From the human T2T-CHM13v2.0 reference genome, Homo sapiens: a stretch of 64,000 bases of DNA. Of the stretch, positions 14,570 through 26,878 are shown piece by piece. Below the pieces are notes generated by a model, which was not told where the DNA came from, did not search any database, and saw nothing but the letters and a program-made list of their open reading frames with translations. Position 1 is the first letter of the stretch. Each line of letters opens with the position of its first letter. A program made the translations under genes and the position numbers. Location: NCBI RefSeq assembly GCF_009914755.1, contig NC_060928.1; one strand, written 5' to 3'.

Positions 14570-15134
14570 TATAATAATGGCATCATACCACTGTATCTAT
14601 TATCCTGAAATGAAATTTATTGCTTTTATACCTACATATATTACTTTTAAAAACCCAACACAATGTCCCAACTGTAAAGTAAAAGAGAAACAAAAATAAA
14701 ACAACTTTCAATAAATAATGTGTGTTTTAGCATGCATCTTTAATAAAGTAAATAAGTAGGCATAAAATGGATGACATAATAAAATAGTCAATACTTCTCC
14801 CTGCATGTAGGATCACTGTGAATGCTTGAGAGACAGATTGATACAGGTGTGCTATTTGGCAACTCAAACACCAAAAGCAGCATTACCATTAGAGATGTGA
14901 TTTTTCAAAATAGTGAACAACTTTACCTAAATTTCCAGACAAAACATACTAAATTTTCTCTTGATTTACCCATAATTGCATTTGTGTAAAATTTAATGAT
15001 TGTTAATACTATGGAAAAGTTTCTTTGTGGTTACTTATTAAATAAATTTAAGTTCTAGGCTTGAACCAAAAGTTTATTTGTTTCTTTTTTACCTACTTTA
15101 ACATCTAGTAGGACATTAGGAAGCCATATGGGCA
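14570..15134. mobile_element. Old hAT-Charlie-like DNA transposon segment; probable continuation at ~24325-24530
   Basis: ATTTGGCAACTCAAACACC...GTGATTTTTCAAAATAGTGAACAACT resembles recalled Charlie-type consensus. The distal piece ends TTGAGAACCATCACTG, like a Charlie TIR. Confidence 0.4.
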
Positions 15135-17900
15135 AGTCTTTTGATTATATTCAGAACTTTTGAAAAAATCTAGAAAGGAAGTGAAATCAGCAAGATGGTA
15201 AAATAGGTGGTCCTATGCTTCACTCCCTCAATGGAAAGATCAAGTGGCAACTATCCACAGACAAAAACATCTAGGTAAAACCACCCAAACATGGAAATAA
15301 GCCAGAGTCAGCTATGTGTACCACAAAGCTGAATAAAAATCCATATTGAAAGGGTAGCAGAAACATTATTGCTTTGACTGCATTGCCCCTCGTCTTCCCC
15401 CAAGTAGGCACAGCACCAACAGAGAGGATTCCCTAGGGCCCATGATTTCTACAGTGGGAAAAGACACCCCCCAGTCTGGGGAAGCAGACATCCAGCTTCC
15501 CTAGCGTTGCAAAACACTTCCCAGGAAACCCATTTATTGTCACCTCACAGAGAATGGGAAATGTAGGGGTAAACTGCACACCTCTCAGTGACACCTGAGA
15601 TCAGGTAGAAACAAAGCAAGAAGGCAGAGCCCACAGAGATGAGAGCACAGATTTTTGTGATAGCTCAATGTACCTGCCAGCAGAGGTGCTTGATCAGTGG
15701 CATCAGCTAACAGCATAGCACATCTACCAAGCATAGTTAGTAGCTCCTAGAAGAATTAGGAAGTGCTACTTGGTTTAATCTGCAGATGACCAGCTTCAGA
15801 CCCTATGCTAGGGCTTTGCCCGGGGAGGGAGAAGATCCCCCTACCTCAGCAAATTTTGACAAAAAGTCAGGCACTAGTTCTGCCACACCTGGGAGCTTAG
15901 TCAGTGCTCCTTGTGTCCTCAAAGCCCTCCTCATACCTTGCCCAGGGACGGAGGCAAATCTCAACCATGCATTTTTACTGAACAGAGCAGCTGATCTATT
16001 TATCCTGATCCACTGAAACTTGGGGATCCTCAATTGCTGAACTCAAATAACAGCACCTCTGGCTAGGGAATTCATCCTGTGGCCCTGTCAGATTAGAGAT
16101 GATTGCAGTGCCCATCCAGAAGCTCAGCCTAATTGCAGAGCTCAACCAGTGATCTTGCCAGGTAGCAGAGCCCAGCCAGGTGCCCCACCTGAATTCAGGG
16201 CAAAGGCAGCAACCCAGTCATCTAGATAACCTGAAAGTAATCCAGGGTTATTACCATCTGGCCCATCCAGAATTATAAGCTAGACTAAATAATGAAGTTC
16301 TAACCTTGCCAAGAAACACTTATAAAAGTTAGAAAAGGTGGCTGTCTCTGCAAACGTGCAAACACCAATGCAAGTACACTGGGATGACAAAGACTAGGAA
16401 AATCATGACATCTCAAAAAGAAACTAACAAAGCTCCAACAATAGACCCTAAAGAAAGGCAGATCTATGGAAATAACAGAAAAATAATTCAGAATAATCCT
16501 CTTTAAAAAGTTTGGTGAACCTCAACATACAAATTAAAAATTAAATAAAATTTGGAAAACAATACATGAACACAATGAGAAGTTAAACAAAGAAATAGAG
16601 ATGATAAAAAAGTAGAAATTCCAGACATTAAGAATACAACAACTGAAATAAAAAATGCAATACAAAGCTTCAATGACTGGATCAGTCAAATGAAGAATGA
16701 ATTAATGAGCTTGAAGACAAAGTATCTGTAATTATTTAATCAAAGGAGCAAAGGAAATAATACAAAGAAAGCCTATGAAAATCATGGGACACCATCAAGA
16801 GATGTAACCTATGCATAATAGGAATTCAAGAAGGAAAAGAAAAACAAATGGGATCAGAAAGCATATTTAAAGGAATAATTGATGCAAATTTTCTTAATCT
16901 GAGGAAAGAAGCCAAAATCCAAGTACAGAGAGTGCAGAAGTCTCCCATCAAATTCATCCCAAAGAAGAGTTCACCAAGACACATAATAATCAACCTATCA
17001 AGCATCAAAAACAAAGAAAAAATTCTGAGAGAAGTTAGAGACAATAAATGTACCACATACAAAGGAGTCCCAATATAATTATCGGTATAGTTTTCAGCAG
17101 AAACCCTACAGGCCAGGAGAGAGTGGGATGATACATTCAAAATGTTGAAAGAAAAAAACTGCCAACCAAGAGTACTTTCCCCAGCAAAACTGTCTTTCAG
17201 AAATGAGAAATAAAAACTTTCCCACACAAACAGAAGCTAAGAGAGTTCATCACCACTAGGCCTTCTTTATAGGTATTGCTAAAATTTTTATTAATGGAAA
17301 CAAAAATCTGCTAATTAATAACATAAAACTTACGAAAGTACAAAACTTAATGGTATAAGTAGTATAGAGAAATAGTCAGAATACTCTAGGATTATCATAG
17401 TAGTGTGTAAAGTAATTTTATCTCTAGTATAAGTGTTTATCTCTAGTGTAATTTTATCTCTAGTATAAGGACAAAATTATTAATAACAATGTTACCTAAG
17501 ATAAACGGTCAAGGGATACATATTATAACATAATGTAAATTCAGACATCAAAAACATAAAATGTTGGAGGGGATAGTAAAATGTAGCGTTATTTTATACA
17601 ATCAAAGTTAAGTTGTTATCAGCTTGAAATACAATGTTAAGTATAAGATATTCTATGTAAGCCTCATGGTAACCAAAAAGCAACATTTATAAGAAACACA
17701 ATACAAAATGAAAAAGATTCATAAGACATCACTAAAGAAAACTATCAAACCACAAAAAAAGACAGCAAAAGATGAAGAAAGAAACAGTCTCTACAAAACA
17801 ATCAGAAAATAATTAACAAAATGGCAGTAGCAAGTCCTTACCTGTCAATAATTACCTTGATTGTAAATGGGTTAAGTTATTCAATAAAAAGAAATGAAGT

Positions 17901-19105
17901 TTGGAAGGCCTCTAGTAACATTATACTTCAAATTTCATTCAAGTTTACAGAACCCAACATATGTGCTGCACATAAACTCTCTGGCAGGATTTCTTTGATG
18001 TTACTAACCATTTTTTTATTTTTGGTACTGGTCACTTCTCTAAAACAGATCTCAGCACTGCATTTACCAACAGGACACCCTTTTACCACTTTGACCCTGA
18101 AGATTTCTTTTACAAATCTTAGTGTCCTCAAGGAGAATTAGGAGCCTTGACTTTGGAGTGGGAAAGGCTAAGGTTTGAATCCTACGTCTGCTGTCTCTGA
18201 CCTTAAGCAAGTTATTTAAATTTCGAATCTGTTTTTCCTAAAATGACAATAGTATCTATTTCTGAGGATTGAGGTGGGTGTAAATGAGTTTGTAGAGCAC
18301 ACATAAAAAGTGTTCAATAAATGATAACTATTGACTTTAAGAATAATTTTATTACTATAAAATACTATCCCTTATACTATGAAGAAATTATTCAAGCTAG
18401 AATTTTTAGCTTTGCTAATTTACAAAATAATCAGATAGTACAATTTCAGCTAAATCCTGAGGTTATATGTAGTTCTAAAGTTTGGAATTAAAAAATTGAA
18501 TTATGATAGGAAGTAACTTTTTAAATGGTTGGAGGAAACCTGCCTGTAATGAGATACAATTACTACTTATTACACTGAATCCAGATGCAGAGTCAGTGTG
18601 TCATTTTCTTCTTTGTACTGAAAATCTTTTTATTTTAAAGGTGAAGCAACACATAGTCTTTTATCCATAACTTAGTGTAGCACAATCTTAGAAAGCCTAA
18701 GGCAAATGTGACTTTTCTATGCATGTATGTGTATTTTGAAGAATGTGTAAAACTTATGCTAATGTTTGCACGCGACAACGATATTAGAAAAATAGTCATG
18801 TACTTTTTTTGTAGCCACTTTTCTTCCATATAGGTCCATAAACCTGATGTTACTTACAGAAGAAGCTTTAGATCTAGAATTACTTCCTTTTGAGAACTGA
18901 TATGCTATGTGATATAGTCTGTGTTTATAAGCGGAAGGCACCTCTTTGGGTAAACATTTCTTTCCACATAATTGAGCTTTTTTTTGCTTATGTCAGTGAG
19001 GGGTGATATTTATATTAATAAAACATTATACTTTTAGTGTTTGTAGCACTAATTTGGAATTCCTGATTAAATGTGCCATGAATGTTGTCTTAATTTTTTT
19101 TTAAA
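17901..19105 (+). pseudogene. Retroposed non-L1 segment (3'-UTR-only processed pseudogene or orphan 3' transduction); source unknown
   Basis: Interrupts L1 ORF2 with a degenerate duplication (AAAAAGAAATGAAGT / AAAAAGACATAGAGT). AATAAA at 19017 and ATTAAA at 19066 precede a decayed T/A tail. Contains a MIR. Confidence 0.65.
18135..18335 (+). mobile_element. MIR within the retroposed segment
   Basis: GACTTTGGAG...GGTTTGAATCCT...GACCTTAAGCAAGTTATTTAA...GTGTTCAATAAATGATAACTATT. Confidence 0.75.
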
Positions 19106-19390
19106 AAAAGACATAGAGTGAATGAATGGGATTTAAAAACAAAACCCAACTCTATGCTGCCTATAGGAGACTCACTTCAATTTTAAGGACACACATTGTC
19201 TGAAAGTAAAGGAATAGAAAAATGTTTTATATAAATGAAACCAAAAAAGAGCAGGGATAGCAATAGTTAAATTAAACAAAATAGATTTTAAGTCAAAAAC
19301 TGTAAAAACGAGACCAAGAAGGACATTTTATAATGGTAAAGGGGTCAATTCATCAACAGGATAAAATGATTGCAAATATATATGCATGAT

Positions 19391-19665
19391 GGCTGGGTGC
19401 AGTGGCTCATGCCTGTAATCCCAGCACTTTGGGAGGCCGAGGTAGGCAAATCGCTTAAGCTGAGGTCAGGAGTTTGAGACCAGCCTGGCAACATGGCAAA
19501 ACCCCACCTCTACCAAAAATACAAACACGTGTATGGTGGCGCATGTGTGGTCCCAGATACTCAGAGATTCACTTGAGCCCAAGAGGCAGAGGTTGCAGTG
19601 AGCCAAGATCAAGCCACTGCACTCCATTCTTGGTGACAGAGTGAGCCCCCATCTCAAAAAAAAAA
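19391..19665 (+). mobile_element. AluJ-type SINE within L1MA ORF2
   Basis: Alu dimer with internal deletions. TSD ATATATATGCATG on both sides; the 3' copy has an expanded (AT)n. Confidence 0.92.
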
Positions 19666-22600
19666 TATATATATATATATATATGCATGCAATAATGGCA
19701 CACCTAAATATATAAAGCAAATATTTAAAAATCTGAAGGAGATATAGACTGCAATAGAATAATAGTGTAGGGGACTTCAATATACCACTTTTGGTAATGG
19801 ACAAATCATGCAGAGAGAAAATAAACAAGTAAACATCGGACTTAAACAGCATTCAAGAACAAATGGATCTAACAGACATATATAGAGCATTCCATCTAAC
19901 ATCAACAGAATACACATTCTTCTCAAGTACATAAAACATTCTCCAGAATAGATCATATGTTAGGCCACAAGACAAGTCTTAGTAAACTTAAGAAGACTGA
20001 AGTCATATCAAGTACTTTTTTGACCACAATGGTATGAAACTAGAAATCAATAGCAGAAGAAATTTTAGAAAATTCACAAATACATGGAAATTAAACAACA
20101 TGCTCCTGAATAACCAATAGGTCAATAAAGAAATTAAAATGGAAATTTAAAATTATCTTGAGACAAATGAAAATAGAAACACAACATACCAAAACTTATG
20201 GGTTTAGCAAAAGCAGTTCTAAGAAAAAAATTTAAAGCAATAAATGCCTACGTCAAAAGAGAAGAAAGATTGCAGATAAACAACTTAGTGCTATGCCTCA
20301 AGGAAATAGAAAAGGAAGTACAAAGTAAGCCTAATGTTAGCAAAAAGAAATAAATAATAAAAATCAGAGCAGAAATAAATGAAACAGGGACTCATAAAAC
20401 AATATAAAAGAACAATGAAACTGAGTTGTTTTTTTTAAAGATTAGCAAAACTGACAAACCTTAACAAAAGCTAGACTAATCAAGAAAAAAGAGAAAAGGT
20501 CCAAGTAAACAAAATTTCAAGTGAAAGCAGAGACATTACAACTGACACCACAGAAATACAAAGGATCATAAATGACTGCTGTGAATAATTACATGCCAAA
20601 AATTGGATAACCTAAAAAAAGGATAAATCCCTAGACACATGCAATCTACCAAGACTGAATCATGAAGAAATAGGAAATCTGTACAGACTAATAACAAGTG
20701 AGATCAAATCAGTAATAACTTTCCCATCAAAGAAAAGCCCTTGACCTGGGAGTTTTACTGCTGAATTCCACCAAACATTTAAAGAAGAACTAATACTAAT
20801 TCGCTATAAACTTTTCAAAAAACTGAAAAGGAGGGAACACTATGAAGCTCTTTTTATGAAGCCAGCATTACCCTGATTTCAAAGCCAGACAAGGACCTCC
20901 CAAGACAGGAAAACTACAGGTTAATACCATTGATGAAGAGATGCAAAAATTCTCAACAAAATACTGGCAAACTGAATTCAACAATACATTAAGAGGATCA
21001 TTCACCATGATCATGTAGGATTTATCCCTGGAATGCAGAATGATTTATGGTTTGCAAATCAATAAATGTGACATACCACGTTGATGGAACAAAAAGAGAA
21101 AAACCATATGATCATCTCATTAGATCCATGAAAGTATTTGACAAAATTCAACTTTCATGATAAAAATATTCAACAAATTAGGTATAGAAGGAATGTACTT
21201 CAGCATAATGAGGACCATATATAATAAGTCCATAGCTAAGATTATACTCAATGATAAAAAAATCAAAACTCTTTCCTCTAAGACTCAGAGAAAGATAAGG
21301 ATATCTAATCTACACTTCTATTCGACGTAGTATTGGAACTCCAACAAAACAAGAAAAAGAAATAAAAGGCATCCTAATAGGAAAGGAAGTAAAACTGTTG
21401 CTGTCTGCTGATGTTATGGTCTTATATATAGAAAACCCTACAAATTCCACCAAAAAAAACCTGTTAGAGATGATAATCTAAGTAAAGTTGCAAGATACTA
21501 GATCAACATACAAAAATCTGTAGCATTTCTCTTTACTTACAACAAACTTTCCAGAAAGGAACTTAAGAGAACAATCCCACTTAAAATAGCTACAAAAAAT
21601 AATGAAATAAAATACTTAGGAATAAGTTTAATCAAGGAAGTGAAAGATATGTACACTGAAAACTATAAAACATTGATAAAAGAAATTGAAAAAGACACAA
21701 ATAGATGAAAAACTATCTTTTGTTCTTGGATTAAAATAATTAATATTATCAAAATGTCGATACTACCCAAAGTGTTGTACATATTAAATGCAATTTCTAT
21801 CAAAAGTTCAATGCCATTTTTTATACATGTGAAAAAAATTATAAAATTTATATGGAACCACAAAAAAATTCTGAATAGCTACAGCAATCATAAGCAACAA
21901 GAACAAAGCTGGAGTCATCATACTACCTGATTTCAAACTATACTAGAAAATGATAGTAATTAAAACAGCGTGGTACAGGCATAAAACTAGACACATTGAC
22001 CAATGGAACAAAATAGAGAACTCAGAAATGCATCCACAGTCAAATGATTTTTGACAAAGGTGCTAGAAATATACAATGGGAAAAAATAGTCTCCTCAAGA
22101 AATGATGTTGGGAAATTGGCTATCCACATGCAAAAGAATGAAATCAGACCTTTACCTCACACCATATACAAAAATCAATTCAAAGTAGATTAAAGACTTA
22201 AACATAAGACCTGAAACTGTAAAACTACTAGAAGAAAACATGGGAAAAGCTATATTTCATTTATTTAGGCAATATGTTTTTAGATTATTTAGATGTTTTA
22301 GACCCCAAAAACTCAGGCAACAAAAGCAAAAATAGGCAATTGGGATTACATCAAATAAAAAGCATCTACACAACAAAGGAAACAATTAACAGAACCCGCA
22401 GATTGGGAAAAAATACTGGCATGCCATACATCTGATAAGAGATTAATATTCAAAATAAGCGACTCAAACAACTCTAAAAAAGAAAATAAATATCCAATTA
22501 AGAAACGGGCAAGGAACTTGAATAGACATTTCTCAAAAGAAGATATGAATCACTAACAGATATATAAAAAGATACTTGATATCACTAATTATTAGAAAGA

Positions 22601-23534
22601 TGCAAATTAAATCCATACTGAGATATCATCTCATACCTGTTAGAGTGGCTACTATTAAAAAGACAAAAGATAACAAGTGCTGACAAAGATGCAGTAAAAC
22701 AAGAACCCTTGTACACTGTTGGTGGGAACGTAAATTAGGACAGCCATTATGGAAAACAGTAGAGAGGTTCCACAAAAATTAACAATAGAATACCGTATTA
22801 TCCAGCAATCTCACTTCTGGGTATTTACTGGAAGGAACTGAAATCAATTGAAAATACTTGAAGTCAATTGAAATAAATTGTGTGTTGAAGAGATATCTGT
22901 ACTACAGTGTTGATGCAGCACTATTCATAATAGCCAAGAGATGGAATCAACATAAATGACCATCAACAAATCAATGGGTAAAGAAAATGTGGTATATTGA
23001 CACAATGGAATACTATTCAGCCTTTAAAAGGAAGGAAATCCTGTCATTTGTGACACTGATGAAACTGAAGGACATTATGTTAAATGAAATAAGCCATGCA
23101 CAAGAAGATAAATACTGCATATTCTCACTTACATGAGGAATAATAAAACAATCTCACTGATAAGAGCAGTGAGCAGAATGGTAGTTACCAGAGGCTGGGG
23201 GTTGGGAAAATGGGGAGTTGATGGTCAAAGGTTACAAAGCCTCAGTTAAATAGGAGGAGTAAGTTTGTTTTGTTTTGTTGTGTTTGGAGATCTATTACAC
23301 AGTGTGGTGAATATAGCTAACAATTTATTACTATAATTTTCAATATTGCTAAGATAGTAAATTTCAAATGTTCTGATCACAGAAAATGTTAAATATTTGA
23401 TGTGATGGATATGTTAGTTAGCTTGATTTAATCATTCTACCTTTTATTTTTAAATCATAACATCACTTTGTATCCCACAAATATATACAACTATAATCTG
23501 TCAATATGTAATAAAGTGAATCTAGAAAGGATAT

Positions 23535-23917
23535 TAAGAAAATGTGGCACATATACACCATGGAATACTATGCAGCCATAAAAAAGGATGAGTTCATGTC
23601 CTTTGTAGGGACATGGATGAAGCTGGAAACCATCATTCTCAGCAAACTATCACAAGGACAAAAAACCAAACACCGCATGTTCTCACTCATAGGTGGGAAT
23701 TGAACAATGAGAACACATGGACACAGGAAGGGGAACATCACACACTGGGGCCTGTTGTGGGGTGGGGGGAGGGGGGAGGGATAGCATTAGGAGATATACC
23801 TAATGTTAAATGACGAGTTAATGGGTACAGCACACCAACATGGCACATGTATACATATGTAACTAACCTGCACGTTGTGCACATGTACCCTAAATCTTAA
23901 AGTATAATTTAAAAAAA
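23535..23917 (+). mobile_element. 5'-truncated young L1PA (L1PA4-like)
   Basis: ORF2 end (ATAGGTGGGAATTGA) and 3' UTR CTAATGTTAAATGACGAGTTAATGGG. TSD approximately AAAGGA(T/C)ATTA. Confidence 0.93.
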
Positions 23918-24280
23918 GGACATTATTGGTTAATTTGGAAAATTTATAAGTATAGGCTGTAACTTATTAATGTAAAATAGAATTGCATTAATATTAAATT
24001 TCCTTCGTATCTGTAGTTATGTAAGAAAATGTCCGTGTTACTAGGAAAGATAAGCTGACATGTTTAAGAGTGAAGTATTATGATGTTTGTAATTAAATCT
24101 CAAATGATTCAGCCACAGAGAAAAAGAGAACTTTTGTATACATACACACAGAGAAAATGATAAAGCAAATGTGCCAAAATATCACCAATTGGAGAATAGA
24201 GGTGAAAAAACTGTGTCTGTTCCCTGAGCTCTTATAACTTTTCTGTAGTTATGAATATTTTCCAAAATAAAAGGTCAAAG
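23918..24280 (+). mobile_element. L1MC4/L1ME-type 3' UTR fragment; its 5' stub lies at ~15135-15179
   Basis: AAAGGACATTATTGG...GTAGTTATGTAAGAAAATGTCC...GATAAAGCAAATGTG...AACTTTTCTGTAG...TTTCCAAAATAAAAG. Confidence 0.7.
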
Positions 24281-24609
24281 AAGGGAGGGGGAAAAGATTT
24301 TTCTTAGCTACTGAGGTCAAAGAAAAGAATGGGGTAAAATTCTTTGCCATGTGGGTAGCATAGCTCCATGTTTCGTGGAACACCTATCCCTTCCTGGGCT
24401 TCAATCTGCAGTGCCAGCTTTGACCTAATCACCACAGCATCCCAAGTTGCCCCTATAAATTTCTAAACAGAGAGAAAGGGAGTGAGCACCAATGCTTAGT
24501 ATCTCTACACTCCATTGAGAACCATCACTGGAGGGGAACCCATGTAGTGATGTGCCCTTGGTTAGGGTTGGAAAAATGTATAGAGATTAAGAGCTAAATA
24601 GAGTTTATT

Positions 24610-24784
24610 TCGCTTCTCCAAGAGTGTCCTGTGGACCAGCAGTGCCAGCATCCCCTGGAGGCTTAATAGAGATGCAGAATCTTATACCTCAGGCCCTGGC
24701 TCTCTCCTCAACTTCTGAATCAGAATCTGTGTTTTAACAAGATGTGGGTGATGTCGAAGCACATTGAAACTTGAGCAGCACTGC
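24610..24784. mobile_element. MER5A-like MITE
   Basis: GGACCAGCAGTGCCAGCATCCCCTGG...AGATGCAGAATCT...CTGAATCAGAATCTG...TTTTAACAAGAT...TTGAGCAGCACTG. Confidence 0.8.
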
Positions 24785-24959
24785 TTTAGGCTGCAGATTT
24801 TAAGCTATGCTCCCTGGGCAAGGCCCTTGGGTGGGTGGAGGGTGGGGAGTGGGGCCACCCTCATTCCTGCTCCTAACACAAGACTCAGCTCCTTGGGCTT
24901 CCACTTCAATTTTGGGTTGAAGAAAAGGTTTGGCAGCTGAAAACATTTGAAAAACTACT

Positions 24960-25480
24960 CTCCAGCTCTCCTTTTACCAATGAGTAAATGGAGGCCCACA
25001 AAAGTGGCGTGGCTGGCTGACATGCACAGGACGCATTCTTGATGAAGTCAGGACTCAAATTCAGCACTCTCAATCCTGAGAGCAGTGCTGTTCCCACAGT
25101 GCTCTGGGTTTTTTTGCTCAGTGACATAATGTGAGGCTGGGTTAGGGATCTGCTGCTGTCACTGTGCACCACAGGCCCACAGCCTGGCCCCCACTGCCCT
25201 GCTGGAAGCCATCAGTGGATCCCAGCAGCAGGCAGATCTTATCTGTCTCTGTGACTTATTTCTTTGAGAAACATCTCTCTGGCCCTTACAACGTGCCAGG
25301 CATATAGTAAGAATTTTATAAATATTACCCAATTAAAACTCCATAACAAACCCATGAGTAACCAAGGCACAAAAATGTTATGCATCTGTGATAAGCACAA
25401 GTCGACCTCAGGGAATGAGTAGCAATGAGTAGCTGTAAGAAAGCCACTGATGCTTGGGACCTGATATCAGAATGTGATTT
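24960..25480 (-). mobile_element. Two degraded MIR fragments
   Basis: TTTTACCAATGAGTAAATGGAGGCCCA; TACAACGTGCCAGGCA...CATAACAAACCCATGAG. Confidence 0.5.
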
Positions 25481-26878
25481 TGTTTCTCTTTGGTGCATTT
25501 GGGGAAAAGAGGCAAACTCAACCAGTGAAACGAGAGTCCCTCCAGGTCTCCTCCGGGTGGGATGAAGGCTCTCTGCAGCCTTACTGACCCAGCCACCAGC
25601 CTGGGAGCAGAGCCTGCTTGGCCAGGGTGAGGCTGCTGGGGGAGTATGGGTGCAGAGGGGATGCTCCCAGCTGTTGGATGAGCAGGGCCTGGGCTGCCCT
25701 GTAGACTCCAGGAGGCTGCAGACTCACTCCCTGGCTGCAAACTGCAGCATAACCCCTTCCTCCATCTCACAGACTCTGGCCTTGCTTTGTTTTCCTTAGT
25801 GCTTGCTTGCAGGCTTCTGAACCATCCACAAGTACTTAGAATGTTAGCTCAGACTACTCAGGCTTTTGTAGGAGCCCCTGCCCCCCATCTCCCCAACACC
25901 AAAACAAAATAGTTGCTGCCCCCCTCATCCTCCATCCCTGCCCAAACTCTGTGCTGGTCAAAAGAAAAGAGTCTTCTTTCTAATCGAACCTGGAATTAGC
26001 TCCAGGATCTGAGACTCATTTGTTAAATTTCTTACAGTAATAAGCAAAGGCTGTCTGTGGATGTTATTCCCAATTGTTTTCACCTCCCAAGGGCTGTCTG
26101 AGACATTTTGCCTGCAAAGCCCTTTACAAATTATCGTCTGCCTCTTAGGCAAGCCATCTTTGTTAGCTCATGATCTGAGGCATTATTAATTTATTACTTA
26201 GCTTTGTGTAGTGACTTGTCTTAAAAAGGCCAGCAATTAATCACATCTCCCTGCTCCAAGAGTCTTGATTTAGCTTCCTTTCATGTTTTTACACATATGC
26301 ATGAGTTTGAAATAGGGAAATGACCCTAAAAGATATGTGAAACCCCAAATTGGTCTTTTACAAGTTTATAAAGTGCAGCAAACCCAATTTAAATGGAAAT
26401 ATTTTCCTCTCATTTGAAAAGATTATGGCCTAAGCTTTATTTATGTGGATGCAGTTGTTCCTCAGCAGGTCTGGAAGCATGCCCCTGAGGAAGGCATGTC
26501 CACCAACCACTCAAGCTTAATCAGTAAATACGTGGATTTTGTTTTCCAGTTCCAGCTGAGTGATGAAAACAAACTAAACAAAAGCATGAAAGTGAAAGTG
26601 CAGATTGTACTCCTATTTCTTAAGTTACATTTTAAATGCTATATCCTTCGAACTGGCTCTAGATACATCAATGATCAATCCTGAGATTATTTAAATTAGC
26701 TGATTTTAACCCTCTGCAGACTGACTTAGCTGCTACTGCCTTGTAATTGGCTCCAAAAATCTGGCTGTTAGTCCACACTATGTTCACTCACTGTGCCTGT
26801 CTCAGATTCATGCAGTGAGCCCAAAGGTAGGAACTTCAATATTTTGGCTTCACTTCTCACAGAAATCTTGGTTGCCAG

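Larger units (their letters stand above)
15180..23518 (+). mobile_element. Near full-length old LINE-1 (L1MA4-L1MA6 class): 5' UTR, decayed ORF1 and ORF2, 3' UTR; two internal insertions
   Basis: 5' GAAGTGAAATCAGCAAGATGG. ORF1 remnant ...SSPRHIIINLSSIKNKEKILR... (16848..17078). ORF2 start MAVASPYLSIITLIVNGL at 17821. L1MA 3' UTR. 13-bp TSD AATCTAGAAAGGA at 15167-15179 and 23519-23531. Confidence 0.92.

Noticed and set aside
16826-17227. 133-aa hydrophobic minus-strand ORF
   Set aside because: Antisense of A-rich L1 ORF1; the hydrophobicity is a compositional artefact.
25408-25770. 120-aa ORF in a GC-richer unique patch
   Set aside because: No recognisable domain, non-ATG start and no splice context; long stop-free frames are expected in GC-rich DNA.
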